Under the pieces are notes generated by a model that had not been told where the DNA came from, ran no database searches, and worked only from the letters and a program-made list of their open reading frames with translations. From an uncultured delta proteobacterium (GTDB lineage Bacteria; Desulfobacterota; Desulfobacteria; Desulfobacterales; JAHEIW01): a stretch of DNA of 64,000 nt. The position numbers were made by a program, and so were the translations under genes. The stretch is taken from positions 96,001-160,000 of the forward strand of contig CAVPNL010000006.1 of the NCBI GenBank assembly GCA_963706575.1. The letters are read 5' to 3'. Shown piece after piece: positions 9,624 to 18,745 of the stretch (position 1 is the first letter of the stretch; each line of letters begins with the position of its first letter).

Positions 9624-9923
9624 ATGATGGAAAAACCCATTGATGAACCGACAAAGCGGGCATCTCATTTAGGGTTTAGACAGGGCTATGAGGTTGCCAA
9701 TAGGACTCAAATTGATGAAAGCCTCCGCAAAGATGAGTTTGTGGATATTGTTTTAGAGACGGTGATAGATTCCCTTAAAAGTACGGTTTTTGAAGCGATA
9801 TCGGCTGAGCTTGACTTAATGAATGAAAAATATCCCGCCTTTGACAGCTGGAAAGTTTTTGCTGATGCCGTAATTCAGGGTGCCGGTGAGAATTTTTTGG
9901 ATAGGACCGGCAATGCGGAATGA
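9624..9923 (+). CDS. Hypothetical protein
   Basis: ORF with GAGGGG RBS and protein-like composition. Confidence 0.55.
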   Translation: MMEKPIDEPTKRASHLGFRQGYEVANRTQIDESLRKDEFVDIVLETVIDSLKSTVFEAISAELDLMNEKYPAFDSWKVFADAVIQGAGENFLDRTGNAE

Positions 9924-10100
9924 AGAAAAAGCGGGTGCTGAAGAAGATTTTTCCAGACCATAAGGCGGGCAAGCATCACGGGATAAAAAATATTAACAGT
10001 AAAGCCTCTTTGTTTACCACGCTGCTGATACGATGTGAATTTCTTTACCATTCTTATTGACCACAGGCGGGGCCATCGATGCCGGAGCCATCTCAAAATG

Positions 10101-10530
10101 CTATTTTACTTTTATGGCCACCATCGTGACATCGTCGTGAGGTTCTTCAGATTGGACGAACTCATCCAGCCGCAAGTTGATGCGTTCTACGATTTTATCT
10201 GCAGGGAATTGTGCGCTTTCCTTCAGGGCTGATTCCAGACGGGATTGGTCAAACAGGTGATGGCGTGCATTCATGGCTTCGGTGATGCCGTCGGAGTAAA
10301 GCAGCAGCACATCCCCGCTTTTAACCGGTATGGATTTTTCCTCGAGGCATGAAGAAAACCCCATGTCACTGTCAATGCCGAGGCACACACCTTTGGTCTT
10401 CAGGGCCTCAATTGTTTTGGTTTGAGAGGAGTAAAAAAGTGGCCAATTGTGCCCGGCACGCGCAATGGTTAAGGAATTTTCCGCGGATTCGAAAAACGCG
10501 ATGACCGCCGTAATAAAATCCCCTTTTATA
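10101..10530 (-). pseudogene. 5'-truncated SpoIIE/RsbU (PP2C) phosphatase fragment
   Basis: The frame extends upstream of the listed ORF as KGDFITAVIAFF..ARAGHNWP and continues into LLYSDGITEA..DDVTMV; there is an in-frame stop just upstream and no N-terminal half. Confidence 0.7.
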
Positions 10531-10716
10531 TATTGTATCGTTGCTGCTTACGGCCCTTATGGGCTTTGCGGTCCATAAAAAAAGAAAGGCGCAAGTCCAC
10601 CCTGCGCCCCGCTGAAATCGTATTCCTAAAGAAGAAAAAACGGGTTCGTATCTTAACGGTCAAATTTGGAAGAAAGCAATAAAGTGGGTCAGTTTTGCTA
10701 ATTAAAAAAATAAATC

Positions 10717-11043
10717 TTATGATTTGCCTGCTAGGTTTTTAAATTTTTTCACAGATTCTTGAAAATCTAAATCCAGTTCATCTAAAACCTGGGGCGTGAG
10801 CTCACTCGCCATGTCAATTTTCATGTCGGTCCATTTGGCCATTAAGTCTTCTATTTTCGGCGCTAATTCAGCTTTTTGAGCATCACCGGCATTGACGTAT
10901 TCGTCCACCGTTTTGTGAAATTCCTGAATAAACTCAGTCATCTGCTGCTTCTCCTGCGAACCTCCGCATCCAATGAAGAAGACGAGTCCCGCAACCAGCG
11001 TAAGCGCTATCCCGTAATTTAGCTTGGTTTTGATTCTTAACAT
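10717..11043 (-). CDS. Hypothetical lipoprotein
   Basis: Lipobox FIGC, helical body, GGAGG RBS. Confidence 0.65.
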   Translation of the reverse strand: MLRIKTKLNYGIALTLVAGLVFFIGCGGSQEKQQMTEFIQEFHKTVDEYVNAGDAQKAELAPKIEDLMAKWTDMKIDMASELTPQVLDELDLDFQESVKKFKNLAGKS

Positions 11044-11251
11044 TTAGAACCTCCAACAAAGATTTGGTAGAAATAGGGCTTCTGAATCAGATTCATCAAG
11101 TAGAGAAGAATCGAACGATTAGAGCCGGCCCAAATCTATATATAATAAATTTTAAGAAATCAACTAAAATTTTAAACTTTTTTATTTTTTTAAAACAGCA
11201 AAGATATGAATATCTCATTGGAAATCAGGGATGGAATCGGACATTCTATTC

Positions 11252-11842
11252 TCAGGAGGTTTCTTTGAAACGACCTTTAATTCCGGTTTCTTTCCAGCTG
11301 CGATATGCGTTTATTTCCCCTTTAAGTGAATTCATGATGGTGGTTAAGACCGCCAGATCATCCAAATAACCGACAAGGGGGATAAAATCCGGGATCAGAT
11401 CTGCCGGCAGGATGAAATACAGCAATCCGCCGCCGATCATGGCCACATTCGCCGTGTGAAGTTTGTAGTCGCCTTTGACCGAGTCCTTGAAAAGGGCATA
11501 AAGCTCGCGCACATTTTCAAGGACTTTTTTTAAGGTCGGATAGGCCTTGTTGATTTTGTTGCGAATGGCGTCATCGTTTATAAATTCAGTAAAATTTTTA
11601 CCCCTGGTAAATCGAAGCATGCGATCGTAGTTTTTGCGCCGCTCGGCATCCCCCAGTATGTGATAGGCCTGATTCAAAACTTTGGTCTTTTCTTCGGCTT
11701 CCTCGGTACGGTCGGGATTTTTATCCGGATGCCATTCTTTGACCTTATTCAGATAGGCCTGCTTGATTTCTTGCGGTCCGGCTTTTGGTTCGATCCCCAG
11801 CAGCTCATAATAATTCACAAATTTTTCGGAGGAATTGTTCAT
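11252..11842 (-). CDS. DnaJ J-domain protein fused to DUF1232 (YkvA-like)
   Basis: NYYELLG..WHPDKNP..AYHILGD J-domain; LYFILPADLIPDFIPLVGYLDD. Confidence 0.85.
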   Translation of the reverse strand: MNNSSEKFVNYYELLGIEPKAGPQEIKQAYLNKVKEWHPDKNPDRTEEAEEKTKVLNQAYHILGDAERRKNYDRMLRFTRGKNFTEFINDDAIRNKINKAYPTLKKVLENVRELYALFKDSVKGDYKLHTANVAMIGGGLLYFILPADLIPDFIPLVGYLDDLAVLTTIMNSLKGEINAYRSWKETGIKGRFKETS

Positions 11843-12134
11843 TTTAGTTGTTGATACCGCTTTCCATTATAATGTTCCGCAATATCCCATTTTTTTTGCG
11901 GCACCGTCTTTAACCCGGAACAATATAGGAGAATATAATGCGGACGTCCATTATTTTATTGGCTTTAACCGAAAGAAATGAAGGGTCAGATGTGTACGGT
12001 TGCAAAAATTTTCAGAATACCGTACAAGCGATGCCTCGGACTTTTTGAGGGCTTTGACGTCTTGCGGTCAATTTTCTGGCCGTCTGATATTTACTTCTTC
12101 GCTAAAATGAATTTGCCGAGATCATCCTAATTCA

Positions 12135-13076
12135 ATGCGCAGCATTCGGGAATTAAAAAGCCAGGCGACGCGCTTGGCCATGTTGGGCCTTATTGTCGGA
12201 GCCGTGCTGATCAGTTTTTCCGGGGTATGGATCAAAGTGGCCCACGTCACGCCGAACGTCTCGGCATTTTACCGCGTTTTTATCGGGGGCATTGTTTTAC
12301 TCGCGGCGGCCCTGTACCGGCGGGAAATTAAATGGCCGGCGCTTCGGCACCTGCTGCTGAGTCTGTTAAGCGGCATCTTCTTTGCTCTGGACCTCTGGTT
12401 ATTCCATTACAGCGTAGAATACGTCGGCCCGGGTCTCGGCACCATCCTACCCAATTTTCAGGTGTTCATTCTGGCCGGCTTCGGTATTTTATTTCTAAAA
12501 GAACCCTTGCGGCTGGTATACTTGCTGTCACTTCCACTGGCATTTGTCGGCCTTTTTATGATTGTGGGGATCAACTGGTCCCATCTGGAAGCGTCCTATC
12601 GGATTGGCGTGTATTACGGGTTGGTAGCGGCGGTTTTTTATGCGACATTTTTATTGTCGCTTCGCAAGCTGCAGGCGGATCAGATGGGCGCGTCCTTTTT
12701 TTATGTGCTGATGCTGGTTTCGTTTAGCACTGCTGTTTTTTTAGCGGTTGAAGTGGTTCATAATAATGATTCTTTTCGAATACCTGACCTGCAGAGCTTG
12801 TTCAGCCTGGCGGCATTGGGTCTGCTCAGCCATGCGCTGGGCTGGATGCTGATTGCCAATGCGCTGCCCAAAATTCGCACCTCCTTTTCCGGCCTGATTC
12901 TGCTACTTCAGCCTGCGCTGGCATTCGTCTGGGATGTTTTGTTTTTTCAAAGAGCGACCTCTGTGGTGAACTGGTTAGGGGTGCTGATCGCCCTGGCAGC
13001 CATTTACCTGGGTATGGCCAGAAAATCGGAAAACGCAGACAACACCCCTGGCGCCGTCTTAATTCGCCGCGGATAA
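12135..13076 (+). CDS. DMT/EamA family transporter
   Basis: About 10 TM segments in two EamA repeats (AFYR, LKEP, LLQP). Confidence 0.85.
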   Translation: MRSIRELKSQATRLAMLGLIVGAVLISFSGVWIKVAHVTPNVSAFYRVFIGGIVLLAAALYRREIKWPALRHLLLSLLSGIFFALDLWLFHYSVEYVGPGLGTILPNFQVFILAGFGILFLKEPLRLVYLLSLPLAFVGLFMIVGINWSHLEASYRIGVYYGLVAAVFYATFLLSLRKLQADQMGASFFYVLMLVSFSTAVFLAVEVVHNNDSFRIPDLQSLFSLAALGLLSHALGWMLIANALPKIRTSFSGLILLLQPALAFVWDVLFFQRATSVVNWLGVLIALAAIYLGMARKSENADNTPGAVLIRRG

Positions 13077-13198
13077 CCGCAGATGATTCAATGTCTCTCG
13101 TCTAGCAGAAAGTAAGGGGCGGGCTGTATCCAGCCCGCCCCAGGCGGTTGCAACCTCCTTGCTGATCCAAGAAGATTTGCCGGTTTGCAGTCAGGCGA

Positions 13199-13684
13199 TC
13201 AGTTCGTCTTGTTTACCCCGACCGAGACCGAGAAACCACTGTCCGTTACAGTGGCGGAAGCTTGAAACTCGTCTTGGGGTGCTGCATAACTTTCGGCACT
13301 GCTGTAATAGTTGTTGATTTCCTTTACCACCGAATGACTGGGCCGCCACTTGAAGGGTCTCGGATGGCCATGGCGGTAGACCGGTCGATGGCGCCAGGGT
13401 CGGGATTTAGGCCAGAAGCGGGGCGGTACGCGATACTGATGCCGCTTTTGGAATTTGGGATTAAAGCGATGCACCGGACGATAGTGGTGAGGGTTGCGCT
13501 TGGGTTGATAAGCCTGGCCGCTGTGGCGGTTAAATTTTTGAACTGCAGGCTTGTCCCATTTCTGGAATTGGCCACCACGGTCACCGCGATCGCCGCCTCT
13601 TTCGCGCTGGGCCCACGAATTAGCGGTTACTGCCAGAACAAAACCCATTAATACCACACTGATGATAATGATCTTTTTTTTCAT
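13199..13684 (-). CDS. Exported Arg/His/Pro-rich hypothetical protein
   Basis: Signal peptide ending SWA, GGAGG RBS, low-complexity basic core. Confidence 0.6.
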   Translation of the reverse strand: MKKKIIIISVVLMGFVLAVTANSWAQRERGGDRGDRGGQFQKWDKPAVQKFNRHSGQAYQPKRNPHHYRPVHRFNPKFQKRHQYRVPPRFWPKSRPWRHRPVYRHGHPRPFKWRPSHSVVKEINNYYSSAESYAAPQDEFQASATVTDSGFSVSVGVNKTN

Positions 13685-14353
13685 GGTTTTCCTCCTTCTT
13701 TTAAAGTTTGAAACGCCCGTTTTAGGTCAGATTAGCCCTACAATGATCAGGCGTGTTTGACATAGATGACGCAACGGATTTCCGAATAGTTTACAATGGG
13801 GGGTAGATTTGAATTGTCCGTTTTGTTAAATGCGGTGGATTTGTAGTTGTTTTAGACACATGACTAAACTGACGGATTCGTAAATAAAAAGGTTTGCAAC
13901 TGATTTATCTTCAGAAGTTTGATCCACACAGATAGTCGATTCAAGCTATCTTCTGTTTTTAAATTAGGAGTTGACCCAAATCGCTACAATGTAGTATTGG
14001 ATTTTTATCGTTCACCATTTTCTCATCGCCAACTGTCCGAAAACTACTTTTCTTCTATGGAATTGAGCCGGGGTTGACATCGACATGCACCTTGCCTCTG
14101 AAATAATAATCACATCTCATTTTTGCCAGCTTAAAACCTAAAAGAGGAGCTTGCCCCTCTTTTAGGTTTTTTTATTACATCTGAAGGGCCTAAAATATAG
14201 ATATACCGACATTAATCTTACAAGAGACGATGAACCATCTATGCTTACCAGACGTCCCGGTATGCGCTTGTCTATCACAACAGCAGCCGACATATTTTAA
14301 TGATAAATGATAAATGTTGAGGTATCACTTAACTAAGAAAGGAGGCGTTTTTT

Positions 14354-14812
14354 ATGATTTCTCTAATGGTGAACGGCAAAAACTATAAAGTCGATGTTCC
14401 CAAGGATATCCCATTGTTGTGGGCTCTAAGGGATTATCTTAATCTCACGGGCACAAAGTTCAGTTGCGGGATCGGTGAATGTGGTTCATGCACGGTTTTG
14501 ATTAACGGTGAGGCGCAACGGTCCTGCACGATCAGCGCTGAAGACGCGCAGGGGGCAGACATTACGACCATTGAAGGGTTGCCCGAGAATCATCCCGTCA
14601 AAAGGGCCTGGATCCAGGAGCAGGTCGTCCAATGCGGTTACTGCCAGCCCGGCGTTATGATGCAGGTTGCCGGTCTGCTCTCAGAAAACAAAAAGCCGGA
14701 TGCGAATCAAATTATGGATTCAATGGACGACGTCATCTGCCGCTGCGGAACCTATCATCGCATGAAACGGGGCATAAAGACGGCGGTAGAGATCGCCAGA
14801 AAGGAGGGTTAA
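14354..14812 (+). CDS. (2Fe-2S) small subunit, isoquinoline/aldehyde oxidoreductase (IorA-like)
   Basis: GTKFSCGIGECGSC, QCGYCQPG, CRCGTY. Confidence 0.9.
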   Translation: MISLMVNGKNYKVDVPKDIPLLWALRDYLNLTGTKFSCGIGECGSCTVLINGEAQRSCTISAEDAQGADITTIEGLPENHPVKRAWIQEQVVQCGYCQPGVMMQVAGLLSENKKPDANQIMDSMDDVICRCGTYHRMKRGIKTAVEIARKEG

Positions 14813-14814
14813 AA

Positions 14815-17016
14815 ATGAAGAATACATCCATGACACGCCGTTCATTTTTAAAAGGCTCCCTGGCCGCAACCGGTTTGACCATTGCGGTTTCGGCAACGCC
14901 TTTGGGATACAGACTGCTCAATGCCTCGCAAAAAGATTCGATTTCAGGCTTAAATCCCAACGCCTGGTTTGCCATAACGCCCGACAATAAGATTACGATT
15001 ACACTGGGAGCATCCGAAATGGGTCAGGGAACCCATACCGCTCTGGCAATGATCGTGGCCGATGAACTCGAGGCCGACTGGAACCAGGTTGAGGTGCGCC
15101 AGGGCGGGGCCAGAAAGGAGTACACAAACCCTATTCTGCATATGCAGCTTGCCGTGGCCAGTGCCACCGTACGGGGGTTTTACGATATTCTGCGAAAAGC
15201 GGGTGCCGGCGGTCGCGCGATGCTTGTTGAGGCGGCCGCGCTGCAATGGAAAGTGCCGCCGAAGGAGTGCCAGGCGCTTAACAGCACAGTCAAACATAAG
15301 AAGAGCGGGCGCAGCCTCACCTATGGGCAGCTCTGCCTGAAGGCCGCCGAATTGCAGGTTCCACAGGACCCGCCCCTTAAGAAGGAAAGCGACTTTCGCT
15401 ACATAGGAAGGGATCTGGCCCGCGTGGACATACCGGATAAAGCCAACGGCAAAGCCGTTTTTGGTCTTGATTTTGCGGTTGATGATATGCACTATGCTGT
15501 TCTGGCACGTCCGCCGGCTTATGGGGCCAAATCCATTTCTTTTGATCAGAAGGCGGCTGAAGCCGTTAAAGGCGTGCTTAAAGTGGCGCCTACCCCGCAT
15601 GGAATCGCCGTGTGCGCAGCCTCGCTGGATGCCGCCTGGAAGGGCCGCGAGGCTCTGAAGGTGAAATGGGACCCGGGGACTCATCCGGGGTTAAACAATG
15701 CCTCCATTGAGAAGAGTTTGCTGGCAGACCTCGACAAACCGGGTTCTGAAGCCGCTAAAAAGGGCGACGCAAAGAAAGCCTTAAGCGAGGCCAGTAAAAA
15801 GGTAAAGGCCACCTATTTTGTGCCCTTTGTCGCGCATGCCACGATGGAGCCGATGAACTGCACGGCGCATGTGCAAAAGGATCGCTGCGACGTATGGGTT
15901 CCCACTCAGGGGCAGACGGTTGCCCAAATCGTGGCTTCCAAGGTATCGGGGCTGCCGCCGGAGAAGGTCGATATCCATACCACCTATCTGGGCGGCGGAT
16001 TCGGCCGCCGCGCCACGCCGGATTTTATTGTGGATGCGGTTATCGCTTCCAAGGTCCTCGGCGGCAAGCCCGTAAAGGTCGTTTGGACCCGTGAAGAGGA
16101 CATGCAAAACGATCAGTACCGTGCCGCCATGTCCCATCGAATTGAAGCCGGCCTTGACAGCCAGGGCCAGCTGATCGGGTGGTCGCACAAAGCCGTTAGC
16201 GGCTCCATTATGAAAGACATCGCTCCCGACGGGATCAAAAACGGGGTCGATATCATGAGCCTGTGGGGTCTGGTCGATTTTCCGGGCTCACCGGACAATA
16301 ACAGGATAATGTACGAGATACCGAATCTTTACGTGGAGTTTTTGCTTTCAGACCTGCCGATCCCCGTTTCCCCCTGGCGTTCGGTGCAGAACGGTCCCAA
16401 TGCTTTTGTGGTCGAGTCTTTTATGGACGAATTGGCTCACGCGGCCGGGAAAGACCCCCTGGAGTTCCGCCTAAAGCTTTTGAAAAATGAGATGCGCCCC
16501 CGGCGGGTGCTGGAAACCGTGGCTGAAAAGGCCGGCTGGGGCAAACCGCTTCCCGCAGGGCATGGGCGCGGTATCGCCCAGCATACCTGTTTTGGAACCT
16601 CTGCCGCCCAGGTTGCAGAGGTGTCTGTAAATGAAAAGGATGGAACCTTCAGGGTTCATCGGATTGTGATTGCCATCGACTGCGGCCTTGCGGTCGCCCC
16701 CTTTAATATCAAAACCCAGATCGAGGGAGCCGTCACCATGGCCTTGAGCACCGTGCTCAGAGAGGAAGTAAAATTTTCCAACGGCGGGGTGTCATCGGCT
16801 AATTTCGATGATTACAACCCAATTCGATTGTCGGAGGTCCCCGACATTGAAGTGCATATTGTCAAAAGCAACGAAGCAATAGGCGGAATCGGCGAACCGG
16901 GGGTGCCGCCCACGGCTCCGGCGGTGGCCAATGCCGTCTTCAACGCAACGGGTGCGCGGATAAGGCGTATTCCGTTAACCCCTGAAAGAGTTCTGGCCGC
17001 CATCAAAAAAGGGTAA
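14815..17016 (+). CDS. Molybdopterin large subunit, xanthine dehydrogenase family (IorB-like), Tat signal
   Basis: TRRSFLK Tat motif, SEMGQG, HATMEPMN, LGGGFGRR, GGIGEP; ATG 14815 follows GGAGG. Confidence 0.9.
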   Translation: MKNTSMTRRSFLKGSLAATGLTIAVSATPLGYRLLNASQKDSISGLNPNAWFAITPDNKITITLGASEMGQGTHTALAMIVADELEADWNQVEVRQGGARKEYTNPILHMQLAVASATVRGFYDILRKAGAGGRAMLVEAAALQWKVPPKECQALNSTVKHKKSGRSLTYGQLCLKAAELQVPQDPPLKKESDFRYIGRDLARVDIPDKANGKAVFGLDFAVDDMHYAVLARPPAYGAKSISFDQKAAEAVKGVLKVAPTPHGIAVCAASLDAAWKGREALKVKWDPGTHPGLNNASIEKSLLADLDKPGSEAAKKGDAKKALSEASKKVKATYFVPFVAHATMEPMNCTAHVQKDRCDVWVPTQGQTVAQIVASKVSGLPPEKVDIHTTYLGGGFGRRATPDFIVDAVIASKVLGGKPVKVVWTREEDMQNDQYRAAMSHRIEAGLDSQGQLIGWSHKAVSGSIMKDIAPDGIKNGVDIMSLWGLVDFPGSPDNNRIMYEIPNLYVEFLLSDLPIPVSPWRSVQNGPNAFVVESFMDELAHAAGKDPLEFRLKLLKNEMRPRRVLETVAEKAGWGKPLPAGHGRGIAQHTCFGTSAAQVAEVSVNEKDGTFRVHRIVIAIDCGLAVAPFNIKTQIEGAVTMALSTVLREEVKFSNGGVSSANFDDYNPIRLSEVPDIEVHIVKSNEAIGGIGEPGVPPTAPAVANAVFNATGARIRRIPLTPERVLAAIKKG

Positions 17017-17310
17017 CCGTGCCTCACTGTCTGTCCAACAACTGTTATTGGACAGCCGCTTCGCGCTTTTCAGGAGGTGATCGACTGCAAAAGGGTCAGC
17101 TTTCAGGCTGTATGGCAAATAAAAATGCGCCGGAGGATTTCAGCCGGAGCGATAAGTTTGGCTGAAGAGATTACAGGAAGGTTTCGATTATAAAAAAGAA
17201 ATGACGCTGGTGCCGTTGTACCCCCAGGGTACAGTGCACCGGCGTCTTTTTTTCCAGCCACTTAAACGTCCATGAATAATAGTTGACAGAAGAAGTGTTA
17301 TGTGATTTAT

Positions 17311-17328
17311 AAAACGACCGGTTGGTAT
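17311..17328. promoter_or_regulatory. Putative TetR operator (second copy at about 17993-18009)
   Basis: AAACGACCGGTTGGTA here and AAACCGACCGGTTTGTA downstream of the gene. Confidence 0.5.
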
Positions 17329-17352
17329 TTTATTTGACAGGGGCGTTTTATA

Positions 17353-17946
17353 ATGAGCAAGGGCATCCAGACACGTCAAAATATCATCGCAAAAGCGCTG
17401 AAGCTTTTTTGTGTCAAGGGCTTTTACAACACTTCGATCAATGATATCCTGGAAGTTACCGGTTTGACCAAAGGCGGGCTGTACGGCCATTTTGCCAGTA
17501 AAGAAGATCTCTGGTATGCGGTTTACGATGAGGCCCTGGGCATTTGGCGCAAAGTTGTATTTCAGGGTATTCAGTCCAGCGCCGACCCCCTGGAACGTAT
17601 TCAAACCCTGATTGAAAATGATATTAACAACAAACTCGGAAACAACATATTCGAGGGCGGCTGCTTTTTCCACAGTATGCTGGTGGAGCTGTCGGGACAA
17701 TCCGTGCCCATGAGCAGCCACCTGATGCAGGGTTTTAATCAGCTGGCCGGGCTGCTGTGCGCCTGGCTGGAACAGGCAGAGCAACAGGGGCTGCTCAAAG
17801 AAAATCTAAATTTTAAAGAGATCGCCAACTATATCATCATTTCTTTAAACGGCGCGGCCGCCTTATACGCGCCCGGCCGCGACCGGGCCATTCTGGATCA
17901 GACCGTTTCCCAGCTTCACTTTTATATCCAGCAGCTAAAAAAATAA
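17353..17946 (+). CDS. TetR/AcrR family regulator
   Basis: GFYNTSINDI..GLTKGGLYGHFASKEDL HTH; GGC motif. Confidence 0.9.
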   Translation: MSKGIQTRQNIIAKALKLFCVKGFYNTSINDILEVTGLTKGGLYGHFASKEDLWYAVYDEALGIWRKVVFQGIQSSADPLERIQTLIENDINNKLGNNIFEGGCFFHSMLVELSGQSVPMSSHLMQGFNQLAGLLCAWLEQAEQQGLLKENLNFKEIANYIIISLNGAAALYAPGRDRAILDQTVSQLHFYIQQLKK

Positions 17947-18155
17947 AATAGTTTGGATTGATACATCATTGGTAATTTATTGGAAAATAAATAAACCGAC
18001 CGGTTTGTATATATTTAAATTTAAAAAATTTTTTGGCTTTAGATCCGATGATTAAAGTCATTGCCCTACTCCGATACACCATTCGAATATCAGCGGTTAT
18101 GGCATAAACATTAAAGTATTTCGGGAATTATGACGATATTAGGATTAGAGACCAA

Positions 18156-18260
18156 AAGAAGCGGTCTCAAAATTAAATTCTGTGCTGAAATTCCTTCTGA
18201 GAAATCCCGCTTTCAAGCGGCACCCCTGGATCTGATCTGAATTTTTGAGGCAGCTTTCTA
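18156..18260. repeat. Degenerate MITE-like element related to the one at 6726
   Basis: AGAAGCGGTCTCAAAATT ... AATTTTTGAGGCAGCTTTCT imperfect inverted ends. Confidence 0.4.
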
Positions 18261-18295
18261 ATCGGTCAAACAAATTCGATTCGAGGAGCCGCCAC

Positions 18296-18628
18296 ATGAA
18301 AAAAATTCTCGTTATTATCGCAATCATTTTGATACCCGCCGCCGCTTTTGCCAATTTTTCAATCCAGCTTGACAATAACACCGGAAAAAAAATGTTATAC
18401 ATGCTTTACTGGGTTGATCATACTTACGATTGGCCGTATCCGTTTCATCTGGCCGGCGGTGAACTGAAGGCCTCGGAAACCATTGATCTTAAATCGAGCT
18501 ATCAAAACGGAAAGTACTTTGTGGTCTGGAGCGATAAAGACGATTGGCAAAACAAAGTGATGATGAATGTTAACAGCGATGTCAAATTGGTCGTTGTGAC
18601 ACCGATTAAAAGCAGCATGACAAAATAA
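18296..18628 (+). CDS. Exported hypothetical protein
   Basis: GAGGAG RBS, signal peptide ending AFA. Confidence 0.65.
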   Translation: MKKILVIIAIILIPAAAFANFSIQLDNNTGKKMLYMLYWVDHTYDWPYPFHLAGGELKASETIDLKSSYQNGKYFVVWSDKDDWQNKVMMNVNSDVKLVVVTPIKSSMTK

Positions 18629-18691
18629 AAATGCGTTGCGGCTTCTGAATTCTCCGGCCGTTTCGTGCTCACGGAAATACCCGACAAGGAA

Positions 18692-18733
18692 TAAAAAAGG
18701 GATATCAGAATTATTCTGATTTCCCTTTTTTAT
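18692..18733. terminator. Bidirectional terminator
   Basis: AAAAAAAGGGATATCAGAA..TTCTGATTTCCCTTTTTT between convergent genes. Confidence 0.65.
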
Positions 18734-18745
18734 TAAATTGAAAAT

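Noticed and set aside
10535..10620. GGACCGCAAAGCC on the minus strand resembling a c-di-GMP-I riboswitch
   Set aside because: The upstream GGCAAA/GNRA stem is absent; the adjacent hairpin plus T run fits a simple terminator
14950..16188. Long antisense ORFs within iorB, and similar shadow ORFs across the window
   Set aside because: They fully overlap well-supported genes on the opposite strand and show no motifs
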